In this document: one piece after another, positions 25,771-32,000 of the stretch
How positions within the stretch are numbered: the first letter of the stretch is position 1
Layout: each line of letters starts with the position of its first letter
DNA from: Candidatus Thorarchaeota archaeon
Lineage (GTDB): Archaea; Asgardarchaeota; Heimdallarchaeia; Hodarchaeales; Hodarchaeaceae
NCBI GenBank assembly: GCA_048882505.1
Contig: JBHLRO010000005.1
Span: 120,001 to 152,000, forward strand
Direction of reading: 5' to 3'
Length of the DNA: 32,000 bases
The notes under the pieces: model-generated
Told to the model about the DNA's origin: nothing
Seen by the model: only the letters and a program-made list of their open reading frames with translations
The model's database searches: none
Translations under genes and position numbers: made by a program

Positions 25771-26475
25771 ATGAGTGATTCAGTGGCAACCGAGCCCATT
25801 ATTGAACTAGAAGGGGTGAGTCAGCGATACAACCTTGGTATGAACGTAATCGATGCTCTCACAGATGTGAATCTCGTAATTCACGCACATGAATACGTAA
25901 TTGTCATGGGACCAAGCGGGAGCGGTAAAAGTACCTTATTAAACACTATAGCCGGATTAGAAGCGCCCTCAGCTGGAAATGTTCGGATCTTGGGGAAGGA
26001 TTTACTGAAATTGAATGATCGCCAAAGATGTGAGATAAGGCGTCATAAGCTTGGCTTTGTTTTCCAGTTCTTTAATCTTCACCCTATTTTGACCGCCCAG
26101 GAAAACGTTGAATTACCAATGTTAATTGCGGATATTGATAGATCAATTAGAGAGAAACGAGCCAAGGAACTGTTAAATTTGGTTCATCTCGAGCATCGAT
26201 TGAATCATCACCCACATGAGCTTTCTGGTGGTGAAAAACAACGTGTGGGAATTGCCCGAGCTTTAGCAAACGATCCAATGATCATACTAGCTGATGAACC
26301 TACAGGAGACATGGATTCTGTCGCTGGGAATGAAATAATCTCAATAATTACAAAACTTAACCATGAATATGATAAAACGATAATATGTGTTACCCATGAT
26401 GAGGACATGCTTAAACCAGGGATGAGACTTATTCGTATGGATGATGGGCACGTGATTTCCGATACATATGTTTGA
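25771..26475 (+). CDS. LolD/MacB-like ABC ATPase
   Basis: GPSGSGKST, GFVFQFFNL, LSGGEKQR, ADEPTGDMD, VTHD. GAGGTGA at 25756-25762 favours ATG 25771 over GTG 25759. Confidence 0.93.
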   Translation: MSDSVATEPIIELEGVSQRYNLGMNVIDALTDVNLVIHAHEYVIVMGPSGSGKSTLLNTIAGLEAPSAGNVRILGKDLLKLNDRQRCEIRRHKLGFVFQFFNLHPILTAQENVELPMLIADIDRSIREKRAKELLNLVHLEHRLNHHPHELSGGEKQRVGIARALANDPMIILADEPTGDMDSVAGNEIISIITKLNHEYDKTIICVTHDEDMLKPGMRLIRMDDGHVISDTYV

Positions 26476-26842
26476 ATTGATTATTCCAAATTCTGATTTA
26501 CGGATTCAGGTGGGTCTCAGGTTTATTCTCGGGATTTAATCGAAAATGCTTCGCCTTGCAGGGATTCGGTGGAACTTTCTTTCATTCTGTTTCATATAAC
26601 CATTTGGAAGCGCGTTTCCTAAACTATTAGGGATCGAGTTTTCACTTGGTGGTAAGAACTGGTGAAATATTTAACAAAGGACAAAATCCTGCGTTAGGGT
26701 AGGTAACGGGGGAACCTGAGGTTGATCGTGGAGTAGTTTATGGTCAGATCGGGTGTTTCGTAGAACGAAGGGGACAGTAGTAAGGTCACGAAAGCAGTAC
26801 AGTCTGCCAAAACTGCCCATCTCCGATTCCTCGCCAGTTTTA

Positions 26843-28075
26843 TTATACGATTTTTCTCCGAATCCGGAGCACAGCTAAAATGACGATCGCAAAAAATAAA
26901 GATTCTAAGATCATTAGCCCACTTGTAGTTTGTGCTTGATTTGACGGTTGGGGAATTAAATATGCTCCAGTGGGATGATCCACGAAAGATTCGTTAATGT
27001 ATATTTTGCTTTGAGTATAAAAAACACTTGCAGCAAACCAATAGGCAATATAACCTGGAAGGGGCTTTAAAGACTGACCTTTAAGGGGGCCCGAGATCGC
27101 TTTTCCTTTTAAGTTCCATGTGGTACCAGATTTGTCTTGGAAGGAAAATTCGTCGTTATTCAAGGAAGTCCCTTTGGTGAAGTCAAGGATCGTACCATCT
27201 GGGAGTTCTGAATTAAATGCAACGACTAAATGAGTGTTTGGATTTGATACCAAGATAGAAGCACTTGTGCCGTACGATACATTTACTATCGGAGTTTTCA
27301 TCAATTCCTGAAAAGGAAAAACGAAGGTCTGGGCTTCCAATTGTAAGATGTAAGACCTTTCCTTGATTGGAAACCAGTTATACGGTTCCTTTCCAAAACG
27401 ATAAGCGCTGGGGAAGAAGATAGTGTCTCGCGAATCATAAGACCCGTAGGGATTGTAATTATAGTTCTTATGGTACCCCGTATTCCTGCTTAGTATGAGA
27501 GTATCTGGATATAAAGTTTTCCAAGTTTTCCAAGTAGTTTCAACCATATTTCCCCGATCCAAAGCTCCATCCAATTCTCCACACCAAACGATGCCGTACA
27601 TCTGGTTCCAGAATGTATCAGTCTTTCTATCATAAAAAACCAGATTGTTTTCATACAGATAGCCAGTAGTCCCTAATGTACTACCTCCTATTGAACTCGT
27701 GTGAAAAAGGATGCCCGAAGCTGTTAGAGGACAGTAGGTTACACTAAACGTCGTTGCGTCACCGATTCGATCATTAACGATCTCATGCCAGGTTAAGATG
27801 TCAATTGGATAGGCTCTAGCACTTCCATTAATCTCGACACCCAGAATGAACTTGTCAGAATAATCTTCGCCTATTGTGCTTTCGAATTCTTCAATTGTAA
27901 TGAATTTTGGGCTATCTATGGCAGGAATACCATCCTTTGATACCCCTCCGCTGACAAGTTCTGGACCACAGGGATTTGTGGGTGAAAGGGGCCTACCAGA
28001 AATCAACTTGAAATTGAACGTTATCACTAGGGTCGTTGAAAAGGTAATAAAAATAAGAAATATCGTTCTCTTCAT
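26843..28075 (-). CDS. DUF3179-family secreted protein with C-terminal membrane anchor
   Basis: GGVSKDGIPAIDSPKF, ARAYPIDILTWHEIVND, TYCPLT, LYENNLVFYDRKTDTFWNQ, W.TWKTLYPDT, YWFA; N-terminal signal; TTSGL-TM-RIRRK tail. Confidence 0.85.
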   Translation of the reverse strand: MKRTIFLIFITFSTTLVITFNFKLISGRPLSPTNPCGPELVSGGVSKDGIPAIDSPKFITIEEFESTIGEDYSDKFILGVEINGSARAYPIDILTWHEIVNDRIGDATTFSVTYCPLTASGILFHTSSIGGSTLGTTGYLYENNLVFYDRKTDTFWNQMYGIVWCGELDGALDRGNMVETTWKTWKTLYPDTLILSRNTGYHKNYNYNPYGSYDSRDTIFFPSAYRFGKEPYNWFPIKERSYILQLEAQTFVFPFQELMKTPIVNVSYGTSASILVSNPNTHLVVAFNSELPDGTILDFTKGTSLNNDEFSFQDKSGTTWNLKGKAISGPLKGQSLKPLPGYIAYWFAASVFYTQSKIYINESFVDHPTGAYLIPQPSNQAQTTSGLMILESLFFAIVILAVLRIRRKIV

Positions 28076-28548
28076 CTAATATGACTTATACTGTGATATT
28101 TTTAATGAATCTTTCCATTAGAAAATCGTCATAAGGATCACATATCGATGCTCGTAAATCTAAATGCAGAAGTTGGTCTAGAGTCTAGTTCAGGTCGGTG
28201 TACCTGCTGGGGCCATAGTATACAAGTTTGCAAAATCCTATGTATGGAAATTGACTATTTATGGTAATTGATGAATTCTTCCATGAATTATCAGGCCAAG
28301 CCAAGATGTAGGTTTGGAGGAAGGGAAACTGCTTCTAAAACAAAGCCTACTTGCCGGAGTAGTGATCTAACCATAGAGTTTATATGGAAGGCTAGGTCTT
28401 CTTTTTATGGTAGATCATAGCAAAATGAAATCTTCGGATTATTAGGGGCATCATTCAGCCAAAGAATCTGAAGGCCTTCCAGTATTTAGAAGGAATCATA
28501 CCCTAGGTGTCGGGAACTTATAATCGAAACCTTCCATCGTTTTCACCT

Positions 28549-28586
28549 AACAAAACATAAAAAAGCTGGAGGCTTTTATTTTTGTT
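28549..28586. promoter_or_regulatory. Imperfect hairpin just upstream of the third permease
   Basis: AACAAAACATAAAAAAGC-TGGAG-GCTTTTATTTTTGTT; ends 26 nt before the ATG at 28613. Confidence 0.3.
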
Positions 28587-28612
28587 AAAATATCTTTGAG
28601 AGCAAAATCACA

Positions 28613-31318
28613 ATGGATCTAACGCTGCCATGGAGGAATGTGACACGAGAACGGTGGCGAACGATTTTGTTGGTGGGAGGGATTATAATCACAGTTGGCT
28701 TGGAAGCTGGAATCGCAATTTCGGTTGACTCGCTATACGAGGACTTTATAGGCAGCCATCGTGGGAGGAACCTTACGGATATCACTCTTCATCCAAAGAA
28801 TAATGCAACCTTGAATGAAATAAAGGAAAAAATGGACACCATTGCCCAGGTTGCAGGCGTTCGGAAAGTAAGTCCTGTAGCGACGTTCACCCCGATAGAT
28901 GAATTACCCGATTTAGTAGAGCTGCCTAATAATGTCATTCTATACGGATTAGATCCAAATACCCATCCAGATTTTCCTGGTTTAACAGTGATTGCCGGAA
29001 ATAAAACCCTGGAGCCTGGCGAGGTCATTATATCTAGCACGATTTCTTCGGAACTTAACCTATTCCCAGGAATTCGGTATTCTGTTTCAGAAATTCCTGA
29101 TTATGGTTTTTCTGGAGTTACTGTATATTGCTCTGGTGTCATTGAAGATAATTCGCAGTTCGGGAACTATCTTGGTTTTTTTTTCATCCTAATTGATCTT
29201 GATTACTTTACAAGCCTTTTCAGTGACCAAAATTACTTAAATTTTCATCTTGTAGTTGAATTAGACGAATTTATCGAAATTAATAACATTGCAGCACGTT
29301 TGGACAGCATCGTCGGCAACGACTTCTACGTTTACCGTGAAAAGGCCCTGAGTGATACTGAAATCCTTGCTTTTCAATCTTATCAAGTGGCTATGAACTT
29401 GATAGTTCTTGCTTCCTTTGTTGTGGAGTTCCTTTTTATTACAAACATCCTTACGATTAATGTGAGAGAAAGATACCGTGAATTTGGAATTTTAAGAGCC
29501 AATGGTGCAAGTACCTTCCAACTTGTCGCGATGCTGAGTGTTGAAATCCTTTTTTATAGCCTGATTGGCAGTTTCTTTGGGGATCTCCTCGGAATAATAA
29601 TATCCATAATCTTCGTTGTGTTTCTTAATGCGAGTTTCCCTCAAATTAGCATTAACGTTCTGGTTCTCAGCCCAAGTTCATTAATATCAACTTTCTTTAC
29701 AGGCATATTCTTGGCGTTTATCGCGGGCCTATATCCGATTTTTATTGCAAGTACTATGGCTGTAGTACAAAACATTCATTGGCGTATGAGGGCCAAGAGG
29801 AAACGTTTCTCCCAGTGGGTGTATTTGATACTAGCTGGGACATTGATGTCCATTATAGGAATTGGTACAACCTATTTCATAGGGCCAAGCCGATTTCTGT
29901 CTTTTGAGTTAATTTCATGGCATTTTTTTGCAGTTTGGGCTACCTTCCTTGGCATCGTTTTGATGGAAGGGGGATTTCTCAATTTTCTTCCCCTGATAGG
30001 GAGCAAGCTTCTGTTTTGGCATGGAAAGGTTCCAAAAACCATAGCCAGCAGAAATATAGGACGGCAGTCTCAGAAATCTGTTGTTACTATAATGGTGACA
30101 GCACTTGCCCTTTCGTTTATTCTGACAATTGGAATTGTATCTGCTGCAATAATTGATACTGTTCCGAAGTACTACGACGAGCAATTCGGAAAGATAGATA
30201 TCGTTGCACAAACAACTGATGACGCCCAGGTCTCCATATCTTTTGCCCAGGAACTGGTTGAGGATAACTCTCTTATTGAACGCGCAGCCTTCTTACAACA
30301 ACAACGCACTCTGATTAATAATATTGAAGCGTCTGTCCTCGGAGTCAACCCCGAGACATATGGTTATTTTTTTATTGATAATATTTTGTTACCGGCAGAT
30401 CCGCAAGTAGCCGAACTACTAAATGCCTCTACGAACAGTGTCATAATAAGTGATCTTCTTCTTGTCAGGATAGGTGCACGAATCGGAGAAAACATTACCG
30501 TTATGACTTCGCAAAACCGGTCACTAGAAGTAGTTATAAAGGGTATTACCTCTGGAAATCCGTTTTTATTACACGGTAACTATATTTATTGCTCGTATTC
30601 GCTATTTCAACAGTATTGGTATAATGAAACCGCAAACTGGTTTATTATGTCGACTGTAGAAACCGATATACCTCTGAATACCATTACCGATAGTTTATCT
30701 AACAAATATTCTGCATTCAGCGAGGTCATAGGGGTTGATTTCTATTCCCAGCTTATTGAAAACTCGTTGATTATCCAGCGAGGTTTCTTCCAAGTTCTGT
30801 TCATTCACACCTTTCTTCTTTCAGGCTTAGCCCAGTTTGTATCAATATTAGTAACCACTTTGAATATGGAGAGGGAAGTGGGGATATTAAGGGCATTGGG
30901 GTTGTACAAGAGGGAAGTGTTCACCACTTTTCTTGCGGAATCAACTCTACTCGGAATATCTGGAGTTGTTATAGGTGTAATCAACGGTATCATCGGATCA
31001 GAACTTCTCTCTTGGTACATTAGCTTATCTATTCCCATTCAAACATCAGTTACATTCAATAGTCCCTTTATAATCTACTGGGCTCTATTCTCTCTCTCCA
31101 TAACAATTGCGAGTACTGTGGCACCCAGTTACAGGGCATCACGACGGAATATCGCTAATGCTATCAATTATTACGCGCCTATCCGCAAATCTGTCATCCT
31201 AGTTATATGGGAAGGCTGGGATGGTTATATTGATGATTATCTCGTACAAAGGGACGAATCAGTTCGATCGAATCTTCTTCGCATTTTCTCTAAAGGGAAA
31301 AAGAAGAAAACCCAATGA
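28613..31318 (+). CDS. FtsX/MacB-like permease, paralog of 6275..8926
   Basis: Collinear with 6275..8926, e.g. FVVEFLFITNILTINVRERYREFGIL vs FLVEFLFVTNILTINVSERAKEFGIL, YYDEQFGKID vs YYEERFGKID, GNPFL in both. Confidence 0.9.
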   Translation: MDLTLPWRNVTRERWRTILLVGGIIITVGLEAGIAISVDSLYEDFIGSHRGRNLTDITLHPKNNATLNEIKEKMDTIAQVAGVRKVSPVATFTPIDELPDLVELPNNVILYGLDPNTHPDFPGLTVIAGNKTLEPGEVIISSTISSELNLFPGIRYSVSEIPDYGFSGVTVYCSGVIEDNSQFGNYLGFFFILIDLDYFTSLFSDQNYLNFHLVVELDEFIEINNIAARLDSIVGNDFYVYREKALSDTEILAFQSYQVAMNLIVLASFVVEFLFITNILTINVRERYREFGILRANGASTFQLVAMLSVEILFYSLIGSFFGDLLGIIISIIFVVFLNASFPQISINVLVLSPSSLISTFFTGIFLAFIAGLYPIFIASTMAVVQNIHWRMRAKRKRFSQWVYLILAGTLMSIIGIGTTYFIGPSRFLSFELISWHFFAVWATFLGIVLMEGGFLNFLPLIGSKLLFWHGKVPKTIASRNIGRQSQKSVVTIMVTALALSFILTIGIVSAAIIDTVPKYYDEQFGKIDIVAQTTDDAQVSISFAQELVEDNSLIERAAFLQQQRTLINNIEASVLGVNPETYGYFFIDNILLPADPQVAELLNASTNSVIISDLLLVRIGARIGENITVMTSQNRSLEVVIKGITSGNPFLLHGNYIYCSYSLFQQYWYNETANWFIMSTVETDIPLNTITDSLSNKYSAFSEVIGVDFYSQLIENSLIIQRGFFQVLFIHTFLLSGLAQFVSILVTTLNMEREVGILRALGLYKREVFTTFLAESTLLGISGVVIGVINGIIGSELLSWYISLSIPIQTSVTFNSPFIIYWALFSLSITIASTVAPSYRASRRNIANAINYYAPIRKSVILVIWEGWDGYIDDYLVQRDESVRSNLLRIFSKGKKKKTQ

Positions 31319-31732
31319 TAAAAATAACCCGAAACAAGTCAATATTAAACATCAGATAATCAAATGCTATTCCCACTAAGTAGTAGAATATTCTGCTTAG
31401 GAAATCTTATGGGTCACGAACCATAAGGAGATTTAATCACCATGTTTGGGCCCTCTTGAATCGTTTGGTGATTCAGAGGTGGTTCTCCGAAGGAAGCTCT
31501 AATTAGTACTAAAATGTCATGATTGAATATCAGAATTGAATTTGTGGCTTGAAACTTAAATAAGGGAATTGAACCTGAAAAATCGCTTTGGGATAAGTTT
31601 GTAGAATACCAACACAAAGCCAAAGCCTGCAATTTTACGAATTATGCTGTAATGATCATAATTTGGGTTCCGTTCCTACTTTATCAAGAAATCCGACTGT
31701 TAAAAACGGATCAAAGCCGAGTTTTCGTTTTA

Positions 31733-31999
31733 CTAAGGTAGCTTGAATGCTCGAAGCGTATCTCCTATCCAATCGGCAAAAGTAAGACTCTCATTAAGAA
31801 TTCGATTAACCTGAACCTCATATTCTTCCGCTGCGGTCTGTGTAGGTATAATCAAGAAGGCCTCTTTATTTTCGATTGTTTGTAACCTTACCATTGGTTT
31901 TTCTATTCTTGATGCGTCATCTGCTGTAGCCAATTCAAGTTCCAGAAGAAACAGGAAATCTCGAACTTTTATGTTCTCGAATCCATATTTCACCATATC
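31733..31999 (-). CDS. C-terminal fragment of an unknown soluble protein (5'-partial)
   Basis: Frame stays open to the window edge (GAT codon precedes the ATG at 31996); protein-like composition; no family recognised. Confidence 0.6.
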   Translation of the reverse strand, partial: DMVKYGFENIKVRDFLFLLELELATADDASRIEKPMVRLQTIENKEAFLIIPTQTAAEEYEVQVNRILNESLTFADWIGDTLRAFKLP

Positions 32000-32000
32000 G

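Noticed and set aside
26770-26800. AGGTCACGAAAGCAG resembling SRP RNA helix 8
   Set aside because: The bases flanking the GAAA loop do not pair, and the rest of the SRP structure is not evident.
27720-27745. Possible selenoprotein form of DUF3179
   Set aside because: The motif is encoded as TAC TGT CCT CTA ACA (YCPLT); the frame has no in-frame TGA.
28148-28267. 39-codon ORF with four Cys (MLVNLNAEVG...CTC...CKILC)
   Set aside because: Cys spacing is not a recognisable zinc finger, there is no SD motif, and it is too short to support.
2087-31632. Numerous short ORF-track entries overlapping long genes (e.g. 2087-2419, 6999-7364, 10054-10332, 15695-15976, 21282-21662, 29915-30211)
   Set aside because: They are antisense or off-frame shadows of well-supported CDSs and have no recognisable motifs.
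31414-31632. 72-aa minus-strand ORF in the last intergenic region
   Set aside because: No motif or start-context support; probably spurious.
1-32000. tRNA, rRNA, CRISPR arrays, IS elements, integrases
   Set aside because: I saw no T-loop/cloverleaf signatures, regularly spaced repeats or transposase/integrase motifs by eye; tRNAscan-SE, Infernal and CRISPR finders would confirm.

Overview
Gene-dense, transporter-rich, apparently archaeal window. Evidence: BRE/TATA-like promoters, a TrmB-type regulator, secreted proteins anchored by a C-terminal TM helix plus basic tail instead of a lipobox, and many N-x-S/T sequons. An Asgard/Heimdallarchaeia-like origin is my inference and is unconfirmed. 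Contents in order: 3' end of a TrmB-like regulator; trehalose/maltose-type sugar ABC operon (malEFGK-like); small membrane protein; FtsX/MacB-type permease; stand-alone SbcD/Mre11-like nuclease; group II PLP decarboxylase; bactofilin-like beta-helical protein; divergent Opp/Dpp-family ABC system; FtsX-type permease with two ATPases (one AbrB-like fused); C-anchored DUF3179 protein; a paralog of the first permease; a partial ORF. The main finding is that the Opp-family transporter is altered in three subunits. The binding protein looks circularly permuted relative to canonical family-5 SBPs, OppC has a ~160-aa CBM-like extracellular insert, and OppB has ~9 extra N-terminal TM helices. Both binding proteins end in a shared S-P-[IV]-D + TM + basic tail, a candidate sorting signal. 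I saw no tRNA, rRNA, CRISPR array or transposase. All family calls come from motif recognition, not database searches.
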